Source: an uncultured virus (IMG/VR IMGVR_UViG_3300045995_000154)
Lineage: Duplodnaviria; Heunggongvirae; Uroviricota; Caudoviricetes
Direction: 5' to 3' (one strand)
IMG/VR virus record: IMGVR_UViG_3300045995_000154
DNA: 64,000 bases
Below are positions 55,321 to 64,000 of the stretch, piece after piece (position 1 is the stretch's first letter; each line of letters opens with the position of its first letter). A program made the translations under genes and the position numbers. Below the pieces are notes generated by a model, which was not told the origin of the DNA, did no database searches, and saw only the letters and a list, made by a program, of their open reading frames with translations.

Positions 55321-55959
55321 ATGTCTTTTGCTACCATCTTCAACAAAATAAAATCTACAGTAAGCATAGCAGTAGGCAAAGTAAACTGGACCGTTCCGCC
55401 CAGTAGAACTATTTCCCCAGCTGAATTAGACATAATTCGCGGTCTCCTGAGGGACAATTACTTAATTATCTTGACCCGCCACCCGGGGCATTTGTCTACA
55501 TTTGCTATCCAATTGGCTCACTTTTGTTTAACTGGCAAATGGGGTCATTACGGACATGCCCTACTTAACGTAGAAAATGATGTCAACGTAGATGACGACT
55601 TCCACTTTATGGAAGCGACGACCGCGGGCGTACATTACTCTAAGTTCACTGACATATTTGACAACCAATGCGGCTCCATTTGCTTGCTTAAACCTAGGGC
55701 AGTATCATTGGACGAATGGTTAAAAATCGTAGAGAAGTCTAAGTCTAATTTAGGCAAACCGTACGACATGGAACTAGATGTACACCAAGAGGCTAAATTA
55801 AACTGTATCGAGTTAGTTCGCAATGCATTGCAGGGTGAGCCTAATTATGCCACAGATTTTGCAGATTTAGAGCGAATGGTACAAAAATATGAGAATTTAG
55901 ACCCACAAATGGCGTATGAATGCGTTGATTTCGAGGTCGTTTACGAAGTACGTCACTAA
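55321..55959 (+). CDS. Permuted papain-like amidase (YaeF/YiiX-like)
   Basis: HA..MEA..GV, GKPYD..LNCIELV with His before Cys. Confidence 0.75.
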   Translation: MSFATIFNKIKSTVSIAVGKVNWTVPPSRTISPAELDIIRGLLRDNYLIILTRHPGHLSTFAIQLAHFCLTGKWGHYGHALLNVENDVNVDDDFHFMEATTAGVHYSKFTDIFDNQCGSICLLKPRAVSLDEWLKIVEKSKSNLGKPYDMELDVHQEAKLNCIELVRNALQGEPNYATDFADLERMVQKYENLDPQMAYECVDFEVVYEVRH

Positions 55960-55982
55960 GTAGCTAAGTAACAAATAGAAGG

Positions 55983-56014
55983 CAAAGAAGAAGGGCATTT
56001 AGCCCTTCTTCTTT
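55983..56014. terminator. Bidirectional terminator hairpin
   Basis: CAAAGAAGAAGGGC..GCCCTTCTTCTTTG between convergent genes. Confidence 0.8.
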
Positions 56015-56048
56015 GATTGCTATAGTAGGGGCATTTAGCCCCTAACTA

Positions 56049-59000
56049 TTATACGCGACCTACTACAACTTCGATAACGCCTTCACCAGCACCCATGCTG
56101 TTTAATGCTTTACCAATGATTGTACCAGCAGCCGCATTGTTGTCAGCCTTAGCGTAACCATTGCCTGCGGATACCATCAAGTCACCCTTGGCAACTGGGC
56201 CAACAACCATACATGGCACACGACCTTGTAATGCTACTGCCGCAACGTTAGCACCTGTTAAGCCACCGTTCATCAAGTGAGCTGGGTTAGTAGAAACAAC
56301 ACCTGCAACTGCCTTTGTATCAGCAATAGCCAATGTAACTTCGTCTGTACCACCAAACATAACTACTGTACCAGGACCGTATGTAGCATCACCTTGGTAG
56401 TTTTCTGCCAAGTCAGCGTATACTGCTGAACTAGCAACTGCCCATACTGTACCAAAACGTGCACCAGTAGCACCGATATCACCTGTACCGCTTGTACCGC
56501 TGTGTGTAATGCTTGGTGTTGTTAAGCCAGCAACTGTGTAGCTATTGCCAGTGTTCAACGCATTAGCTGTTGTAGCTGTCGTAGCCAATGTTGCTGTTGC
56601 AGCATTGCCGGAGCAGCTTGTAGCCGAACCGTTAATGTTCATTGTCTGACCAGATAACAATGTTGCTGCACCAGCTGCTGTATAACCACGTGCAAAGTTA
56701 TCAGTACCGTTAGTACCAGTAAATGTTGCCATACCAGAAGCAGCCGCTCCGGCTGTTAATGGGAACGAACCAGTCGCATTGTAGTAAACTGCATAAGCAT
56801 AACCAGTTGCATCACGAGCCATTACTGTCGAAGCAGTTGCTGCAGACGTTACCGCCAAGCCGCCAGCTGTTGTTGCGTTTGTTGCAGAAGCAACAGTACC
56901 AGTAACGTTAGCACCAGTAATGCTTGTCAAGTTAGCACCGCTTACTGCACCGAACGAACCAGACCATGTACCAGCTGTAATTGTACCAACGGATGTTAAG
57001 CTAGAAGCTGTTACACCTGCTGCCAATGTTGTACCAGTTAATGTACCAGCTGGTGCAGAACCTGCAGAGCCTGTAGTATTTTGGTTCAATGTTGGGAAGC
57101 CAGTTACAGTACCAATAACTGCGGATACGTTGGCTGCTGTTAAGCCAGTTACAAAAGTCGCTGTTGTTGCAGTAGTTGCAGAACCTGCTGTTGTTGCAGA
57201 ACCAGCAGTAGTAGCAGAAGCTACTGTACCAGTAACGTTAGCACCAGGAATGCTTGTTAAGCCTGCGCCAGAACCAGTGAACTGAGTAGCACTTAGCACA
57301 CCAGTGGATGGAACGAATGTTAACTTAGTAGAAGTTGTCTTCTGTGGTAAGTTACCAGTGTTAGATGTAACCCATGTCAAGTTAACTGCTGTTGCTGTTG
57401 CTGCATCATCAGTGATACCAGTGTTGGTTGCATTTGTTGCCGATGTTGCGGAAGCTACTGTACCAGTAACGTTAGCACCTGTTAAGGATGTTAAGTTAGC
57501 ACCGCTTACTGCACCAAAAGCACCAGACCAAGTACCGGAAGTAATTGTACCAACCGATGTTAAGCTAGAAGCCGTAACGCCTGCTGCTAAAGTAGCACCA
57601 GATAATGTTCCTGCTGCCGCTGTTACAGTGATAGCCGCAGAGCCGTCAAAGTTTACGCCGTTAATAGCACGTGGTGTTTGCAATGCTGTAGCTGTAGAAG
57701 CATTACCAACTACCGCACCTGTATGTGTACCACTTGTCGCACCAGTAAACGAAGCACCAGTAATAGCACCTGTTACCGCTAGAGATGTTAATGTACCAAC
57801 GCTTGTGATGTTTGGCTGAGCCGCTGTACGCAATGTCGCTGTAACGTTCTTGTTGAAGTCCCAAGAATCTGTGGCGTTTGCATAAAGCATTGTTGCATTA
57901 GCAAAAGCTGCATTAACAATTAAACCACCACCGTTTGCTGCTGCCGCATTAACTGCGTTAGTCGCTACTTCAATCGCCAAGTCAGCTGTTGTAACTGCTG
58001 TTGAATTGATCGTAGTAGTTGTACCGTTAACTTGCAAGTTACCAGCAATAACAACTAAACCACCTGCACCAGCAGTAGCTGGGTCAATAGTAATTGTTGA
58101 GTTAGTGCTAGTAATGCTGTCACCAGACATTGTTAAATTACCAGATACATGACTACCTGCTGTAGCTGCACCAGTTACTGCTAACGAGCCCAATGTACCA
58201 ACGGAAGTTAAGCTAGAAGCTGTTACACCTGCTGCTAAAGTAGCACCAGATAATGTTCCTGCTGCCGCTGTTACTGTTACATCTGCGGAACCGTTAAACG
58301 AAACGCCATTGATGTTACGTGCTGTTTGCAATGTAGTTGCTGTACTTGCGTTACCAGTTACTGCACCAGTTAATGGTCCAGAGAACGCACCAGCAGTTAC
58401 AGTACCTGTAACACCTAACGAACCCAAAGTACCAACAGTTGTCAAGCTGGATGTTACTACAGTTGGATTTAATATTGTGCTAGACAATGTCTGTGCATTA
58501 GCAGTCACAGTAATATCTGCAGAGCCATTGAACGAAACACCATTGATGTTACGTGCGGTAGCTAATGTAGTTGCTGTAGAAGCATTGCCAGTTAATGGGC
58601 CAGAGAACGCACCAGCGGTTACAGTACCAGTTACGCCTAAACTACCCAAAGTACCAACGGATGTTAAGCTAGATGATGTAACACCTGCTGCAAGAGTTGC
58701 ACCAGTTAATGTACCTGCTGCCGCTGTTACTGTGATAGGAGCAGTGCCGTCAAAGTTTATGCCATTAATTGCACGTGGTGTTGCCAAGGCTGTTGCAGTA
58801 GAAGCATTTCCTGTTACTGCGCCAGTTAAAGGACCAGCAAAGCTACCAGCAGTAACCGTACCAGTAACACCAAGAGAACCTAGTGTACCAACGGATGTCA
58901 AACTAGAAGCTGTAACTGTACTGTTTAATGAAGTACCAGATAAGGTTGCTGCATTAGCTGTTACTGTTACATCTGCAGAACCGTTAAAGCTTACGCCATT

Positions 59001-59687
59001 GATGTTACGTGCTGTTTGTAGCGTTGTCGCTGTGCTTGCGTTACCAGTTACCGGACCAGCAAAACCGCCAGCGGTAACAGTACCAGTTACTCCTAAGCTA
59101 CCTAATGTACCAACAGATGTTAAGCTAGAAGCTGTAACGCCAGCAGCCAATGTTGCACCAGTTAATGTGCCAGCGGCTGCTGTTACTGTGATAGGTGCTG
59201 TACCGTCGAAATTTACACCGTTAATTGCACGTGGTGTTGCCAAAGCTGTTGCTGTGCTTGCGTTACCAGTTACTGGACCAGCAAAACCGCCAGCAGTAAC
59301 AGTACCGGTTACGCCTAAGCTACCTAATGTACCAACAGATGTTAAGCTAGAATCTGTAACTGATGTACCCAATGCTGTTGCGCTTAGTACGCTTGCGCCA
59401 TTGATTGCGTAACGTTCGCCGGATGGTAAATTAATACCTGCCGCATCTGTTGTTGAGCGTGTAACACCGTCAAGTGCTACGACGATTGTCGAGCCAGTGC
59501 CCGTATCGTTAATTGTTAAACTTGAATCGTTTTTAGCAATGCTGCTGACGCCGATCGCGTCTACGTTAATTGATCCACCGCCAGTAACTGTAACGTTACC
59601 TGTTGTGGTGATATCGCCAGTGGATGCGCTGATAACTAAGTTACCAACTTGCAAGCCATTTTGTACTATAAAATTACCATTTGCCAT
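56049..59687 (-). CDS. Long fibre protein with repeats and C-terminal autocleaved chaperone-like domain
   Basis: GNASTAT.L.T.R.INGV.F.G repeats; YADLAENY..GVVSTNPA..ALQGRVP. Confidence 0.85.
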   Translation of the reverse strand: MANGNFIVQNGLQVGNLVISASTGDITTTGNVTVTGGGSINVDAIGVSSIAKNDSSLTINDTGTGSTIVVALDGVTRSTTDAAGINLPSGERYAINGASVLSATALGTSVTDSSLTSVGTLGSLGVTGTVTAGGFAGPVTGNASTATALATPRAINGVNFDGTAPITVTAAAGTLTGATLAAGVTASSLTSVGTLGSLGVTGTVTAGGFAGPVTGNASTATTLQTARNINGVSFNGSADVTVTANAATLSGTSLNSTVTASSLTSVGTLGSLGVTGTVTAGSFAGPLTGAVTGNASTATALATPRAINGINFDGTAPITVTAAAGTLTGATLAAGVTSSSLTSVGTLGSLGVTGTVTAGAFSGPLTGNASTATTLATARNINGVSFNGSADITVTANAQTLSSTILNPTVVTSSLTTVGTLGSLGVTGTVTAGAFSGPLTGAVTGNASTATTLQTARNINGVSFNGSADVTVTAAAGTLSGATLAAGVTASSLTSVGTLGSLAVTGAATAGSHVSGNLTMSGDSITSTNSTITIDPATAGAGGLVVIAGNLQVNGTTTTINSTAVTTADLAIEVATNAVNAAAANGGGLIVNAAFANATMLYANATDSWDFNKNVTATLRTAAQPNITSVGTLTSLAVTGAITGASFTGATSGTHTGAVVGNASTATALQTPRAINGVNFDGSAAITVTAAAGTLSGATLAAGVTASSLTSVGTITSGTWSGAFGAVSGANLTSLTGANVTGTVASATSATNATNTGITDDAATATAVNLTWVTSNTGNLPQKTTSTKLTFVPSTGVLSATQFTGSGAGLTSIPGANVTGTVASATTAGSATTAGSATTATTATFVTGLTAANVSAVIGTVTGFPTLNQNTTGSAGSAPAGTLTGTTLAAGVTASSLTSVGTITAGTWSGSFGAVSGANLTSITGANVTGTVASATNATTAGGLAVTSAATASTVMARDATGYAYAVYYNATGSFPLTAGAAASGMATFTGTNGTDNFARGYTAAGAATLLSGQTMNINGSATSCSGNAATATLATTATTANALNTGNSYTVAGLTTPSITHSGTSGTGDIGATGARFGTVWAVASSAVYADLAENYQGDATYGPGTVVMFGGTDEVTLAIADTKAVAGVVSTNPAHLMNGGLTGANVAAVALQGRVPCMVVGPVAKGDLMVSAGNGYAKADNNAAAGTIIGKALNSMGAGEGVIEVVVGRV

Positions 59688-59802
59688 TTTTATTCCTTCG
59701 GTTCCATATTCCCCGTAGTAAGAAATAGTAATCTGGAGAGTGCAGATTACCGCTTACTACATATTTAGTACAGTTTGAGTTTTCCCCATTCGTACTACTA
59801 AA

Positions 59803-59830
59803 AGATAAGGGGCAAATTGCCCCTTATCTT
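59803..59830 (-). terminator. Terminator-like hairpin
   Basis: AAGATAAGGGGC..GCCCCTTATCTT. Confidence 0.7.
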
Positions 59831-59853
59831 ATTCAACTTAGCTTTCTAATTTC

Positions 59854-62800
59854 TTAGATTGCCATACCTGTTTTGTTAACACGTACTGTTGTCGAAGCTT
59901 GCGCTGCGGTGTACTCTACTGTCAACACACTACCAGTCAATGTAGCAGATAGCACACCAGCATTGCCTGCGGTGTTGATAACACCGTATTCAATGATAGT
60001 TGCTGTAGTACCATCATGGATTACAAGTGCTTCTTGTACCTGGAACTTACCAGTTGCAGAAGCTTGTGCCATAATATGTGCGCTACGGATTGCTGTTGCG
60101 TCGAATGTTGCAACCACTGTTGCCACATTTGCTGCTGCAATTGCTGTTGTAGGACCAACATTAACCATTGTACCAGTTGTGTCAAAGCGTAACTGTAATG
60201 TTTCGCCCACTGTACCAGCAACTAACTCAATACCTGCATTTGTTGCACGGATGATGTTATGACCATTATCGCTAGATAACAACTCAACTGTTTGTGTTGT
60301 TGTTAACTTACGAACGTCAATAATATCGCCGCTTAACGGTGCTTCAGTAAATGTCAATGTTGTACCAGACACTGCGTATGCCAATGTTGGGATCTGGATA
60401 ACACCGTTGATACTTACGATACAGCTACTTGTAGTCTGTGGTGTAGCAATTGTGTAAACCGTTGTTACACCGTCACCGCTGAACTGTTCGTCAGCAATAA
60501 CTGTGAACTCGGAAATCAACTGTCTCCAACCCACTGTAGTTGTGTAGTACTCTAGAGCACCTAGTGTGGTATTGAAACGAATCATACCGTCTACGTCTGT
60601 GTAGCCTACGCTGCTTGGACGTTGTGCGCTAGTACCAACTGGAACTAACATGGAGTCTGTGGAGTTAACTTGTAACTTAGCACCTTGTACTAAATTACCA
60701 GCAGTTGCAGTGCCACCAACCAATACTTGGTCGTATACTGCATCAGCTACGGACCAGATCAATGTGCCATCTGTTACACCCTTGAAGTACGAATCACCAC
60801 CAGTAGCCTGTGCGTTGTTTACAGTGATACCGCTTTGCGCTGTTGCATAACCAACTAAGTTAGTTGTGCCAGACAATGTAGTAGCTGCTGCAACTGTTAC
60901 GTTACCACCAACGTTCAAGTTCTTAGCAACGCTTGTACCACCAGCAATCACTACAGCGCCGTTACCAACTGCTGTGGATTCTGTTGTATCAGTGAAGCTT
61001 ACTGCACCACTTGCTGCCAATGTTGTAAAGCTACCGGAAGAACCAGTAATGCTTGTACCAGAGATTGAACCGCTTGTAGCTTGCAAGTTACCAACAACTG
61101 CTGTCGAGAACGAACCAGTGCTGCCAGAGATTGGTGTGTTAGTAATTGCACCACCGCTAATCTGTGCATTAGCTGTTGTCAACACAGTAGCACTTACAGT
61201 AGAACCACTTACTGGAGTACCAGTAATTGCACCACCGCTAATTTGTGCGTTAGCTGTTGTAAACAATGTTGCATCAGCAGTAGTGAACGAACCAGTGCTG
61301 CCAGAGATTGGTGTGCTTGTAATAGCGCCGCCAGTTACTTGTGCATTGCTTGTTGTCATTACTGTGAACGAACCAGTGCTGCCAGTGATCGGTGTACTAG
61401 AGATAGCACCGCCAGTTACTTGCGCATTACTTGTTGTCAACACAGTAGCACTCACAGTAGAACCACTTACTGGAGTACCAGTAATCGAACCACCAGTAAT
61501 AACTGCGTTAGCTGTCGAGATCGATGTGATCGCTACGTTAGCCAAGTTAGCATTAGCTGCTGTCAATGTTGTAAACACACCAGTGGATGGTGTAACTGCA
61601 CCAATTGGGCTGCTATCAATTGCAGTACCAGTCAATGTAGTTGCGTTCAACGCTGTAAAGCTACCTGCTGCCGCTGTTGTTGCACCAATTGTTGTACCGT
61701 TAATTGTACCACCAGTTACCGTAGCTGCACTTGTTGTCAAGCTTACTGCATTAACTGTCATGTTAGCAATCGAACCAGTTACTACTGGGCTGATTGTTAC
61801 CGCAGCGTTAGGGCTGATTGTAACTGCACCGTTAGCTGTTAAGCTGCCGTTTGTTACTGTAGCACCGCTCACTGTTGCGCTGTTAGCTGTCAATGCACCT
61901 GTTGCAACTGCACCGCTGATTGTAGCACTGTTAGCTGTAACTGTGTTCAATGTAGCTGCACCAGTGGATGTTACACCAACTGTTGTCACTGTCGAAGCAA
62001 CTACGTCTGTAGCTGTGGCTGTTGTGAATGTAGCTGTACTTGGAGTTACGTTACCAATTACTGTACCGTTAATGCTTGCTGCTGTGAAGCTGTCTGCTGT
62101 TACGCTTGTGAACGAACCAGCTGCCCTAGTTGTACCACCAATTACTGTACCGTCAATTGTACCACCAGTAACTGTTACGTTGCTGCTGGACAAGTTAGTA
62201 ATAGTACCTGTTGTAGCGCCTAATGTTGTTAAGCCTGTTACAGAACCGCTTGTAGCTTGTAAGTTAGCTGCTGTAGCTGTTGTGAAGCTACCTGTGCTGC
62301 CGCTTACTGGAGTACCAGTAATTGCGCCGCCAGTTACTTGTGCATTAGCTGTTGTTACGGAACCAGCACTTGCTGCACCGCTTACTGCCAACGATGTCAA
62401 TGTACCAACGGATGTTACATTTGGCTGTGCTGCTGTAGTCAATGTACCACCAACTGTCGTAGCTACTACGTTACCAGTGAATGCGCTAGCTACTAGGTCC
62501 TTATTAAAGTTCCATGTGTCTGTTGCAAATGTGTACAAGATTGTCGCTGCTGCTGGGCCGTCAACTGTAATACCAGCGCCGTCTGCTGCCGCACCAGTCA
62601 ATGCACCTTGTGCAATTGTGATGTTCTTATCAGCTACGGAAACTGTTGTGCTGTTAACTGTTGTAACGCTACCACCAACTGTCAAGTTACCTTCAACAAT
62701 TGCGTCACCGCCAACGTTCAAGTTCTTAACAATACCAACACCGCCAGCAACCTTCAATGCGCCTGTTACAGTGCTTGTAGATTGTGTTGTGTCTGTGATT

Positions 62801-64000
62801 GTTACTACATTGCTTGCGCTTAATGTTGTGAAAGCACCTGTGCTTGCAACGTTTGCGCCGATTGGTGTGTTATCAATACCACCAGTAGCACTGAAGCTTG
62901 CTGCTGTTACTGTTGTGAACGTACCAGCTGCTGGAGTTACACCACCGATAACTGTACCGTTTACAGTACCGCCAGTGATTGTAGCTGCGCTTGTGCTTAA
63001 GCTGTTAGCTGTAGTTGCACCTAATGTAGCTGCACCAGAAACTGCAACGCTTGTCAATGTACCAACGGATGTTACATTTGGCTGTGCTGCTGTAGTTAAT
63101 GTACCACCAACGTTAGTTGCATTCATTGTTGTGAATGTACCTGCTGCCGCTGTTGTGCCACCAATAACTGTACCGTCAATTGCGCCACCGCTAATTTGTG
63201 CATTAGCTGTTGTCAATACTGTTGCACCAACTGTGCTGCCGCTTACTGTTGTACCAGTAATCGAACCGCCTGTCAATGTAACTGCGCCAGATGTCAATGT
63301 CGAGAACGAACCAGTGCTACCAGAGATTGGTGTGCTTGTAATAGCACCGCCAGTTACTTGTGCATTGCTTGTTGTCAAGCTAGTTGCAGAAACTGTAACA
63401 CCGCTTAGTGCGCCGCCAGTTGCTTGTACGTTAGCTGTCACTAAGCTGTTTACAGAAGCTGCACCAGTTGTACTCAATGTTGTAAACGCACCAGTGCTTG
63501 GTGTTGTTGCACCAATTGTAGTAGCATCAATTGTACCGCCAGTAATAACTGCACCACCTGTTGTTACAGAAGTTGCTGTTACGTTACCGCCAGTAATTTG
63601 TGCATTACCAGAAGCAAAGTTAGTTACTGTACCGTTTGTAGCAGTCAATGTTGTCAAGCCAATTACAGAACCACCAGTTACTTGTGCATTGCTTGTTGTC
63701 AATACTGTTGCACCAACTGTTGCACCAGAGATTGGTGTACCAGTGATTGTGCCGCCAGTAATTGTAACGTTGCCGGATGCAAAGTTTGTAGAAGTTAAAT
63801 CTGTTAAACCAGTTACGGAACCGCTTGTAGCTGTAATTGGACCAGTTGTTACGCTTGTGAACGCACCAGTAGAACCGCTAATTGGCGTATTGCTGATGTT
63901 ACCACCAGTGATAATTGCGTTAGCTGTGGACAACGATGTAACTGCAACGGTAACACCACTTAACGAACCGCCAGTGATTTGTGCGTTGCCTGTAGTCATT
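59854..64000 (-). CDS. Giant Gly/Thr-rich fibre protein (5' end outside window)
   Basis: NAQ(I/V)TGG.I..TP(I/V)SGSTGSF repeats. Confidence 0.85.
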   Translation of the reverse strand, partial: MTTGNAQITGGSLSGVTVAVTSLSTANAIITGGNISNTPISGSTGAFTSVTTGPITATSGSVTGLTDLTSTNFASGNVTITGGTITGTPISGATVGATVLTTSNAQVTGGSVIGLTTLTATNGTVTNFASGNAQITGGNVTATSVTTGGAVITGGTIDATTIGATTPSTGAFTTLSTTGAASVNSLVTANVQATGGALSGVTVSATSLTTSNAQVTGGAITSTPISGSTGSFSTLTSGAVTLTGGSITGTTVSGSTVGATVLTTANAQISGGAIDGTVIGGTTAAAGTFTTMNATNVGGTLTTAAQPNVTSVGTLTSVAVSGAATLGATTANSLSTSAATITGGTVNGTVIGGVTPAAGTFTTVTAASFSATGGIDNTPIGANVASTGAFTTLSASNVVTITDTTQSTSTVTGALKVAGGVGIVKNLNVGGDAIVEGNLTVGGSVTTVNSTTVSVADKNITIAQGALTGAAADGAGITVDGPAAATILYTFATDTWNFNKDLVASAFTGNVVATTVGGTLTTAAQPNVTSVGTLTSLAVSGAASAGSVTTANAQVTGGAITGTPVSGSTGSFTTATAANLQATSGSVTGLTTLGATTGTITNLSSSNVTVTGGTIDGTVIGGTTRAAGSFTSVTADSFTAASINGTVIGNVTPSTATFTTATATDVVASTVTTVGVTSTGAATLNTVTANSATISGAVATGALTANSATVSGATVTNGSLTANGAVTISPNAAVTISPVVTGSIANMTVNAVSLTTSAATVTGGTINGTTIGATTAAAGSFTALNATTLTGTAIDSSPIGAVTPSTGVFTTLTAANANLANVAITSISTANAVITGGSITGTPVSGSTVSATVLTTSNAQVTGGAISSTPITGSTGSFTVMTTSNAQVTGGAITSTPISGSTGSFTTADATLFTTANAQISGGAITGTPVSGSTVSATVLTTANAQISGGAITNTPISGSTGSFSTAVVGNLQATSGSISGTSITGSSGSFTTLAASGAVSFTDTTESTAVGNGAVVIAGGTSVAKNLNVGGNVTVAAATTLSGTTNLVGYATAQSGITVNNAQATGGDSYFKGVTDGTLIWSVADAVYDQVLVGGTATAGNLVQGAKLQVNSTDSMLVPVGTSAQRPSSVGYTDVDGMIRFNTTLGALEYYTTTVGWRQLISEFTVIADEQFSGDGVTTVYTIATPQTTSSCIVSINGVIQIPTLAYAVSGTTLTFTEAPLSGDIIDVRKLTTTQTVELLSSDNGHNIIRATNAGIELVAGTVGETLQLRFDTTGTMVNVGPTTAIAAANVATVVATFDATAIRSAHIMAQASATGKFQVQEALVIHDGTTATIIEYGVINTAGNAGVLSATLTGSVLTVEYTAAQASTTVRVNKTGMAI

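Noticed and set aside
56723..63798. Plus-strand ORFs including 58309-59412 and Cys-rich 61081-61842
   Set aside because: Antisense shadows of repetitive fibre genes
1..64000. Stop-codon reassignment
   Set aside because: Core genes are intact in the standard code and no chargeable suppressor tRNA was found
50403..64000. Diversity-generating retroelement repeats in fibre genes
   Set aside because: Repeats are in-frame protein repeats, with no adenine-specific pattern seen and no reverse transcriptase in the window

Overview
This 64-kb window is a segment of a T4-related jumbo myophage; its IscA/IscU genes point to a proteobacterial host. Bases 1-15.4 kb are a minus-strand stable-RNA super-operon. 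It holds 48 recognisable tRNAs covering all 20 amino acids, read by eye. Mixed among them are a bacterial-type RNase P RNA (10096-10395) and a family of about 8 RNAs sharing a terminal helix plus a C(A/U)GCAA motif, one with YrlA-like permuted tRNA topology and one carrying a tRNA-Lys anticodon arm. The array also has two ~135-nt tmRNA-like RNAs with G3-U70, several truncated CCA-ended RNAs, and a large structured RNA region interrupted by a GIY-YIG cassette. It is driven by triple sigma70 promoters, with rrn-type boxA elements in one leader. Protein genes inside the array are three free-standing endonucleases, iscA, a frameshifted iscU, a radical SAM enzyme and an HD-GYP phosphodiesterase. 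The rest of the window carries a modification cluster, uvsY/uvsX/gp32, terminase, head, neck and tail genes (gp4, gp13-15, gp18, gp19), dNMP kinase, early small ORFs and large Gly/Thr/Ala-rich fibre genes. No database search or folding program was run; RNA identities other than tRNAs rest on motif reading.
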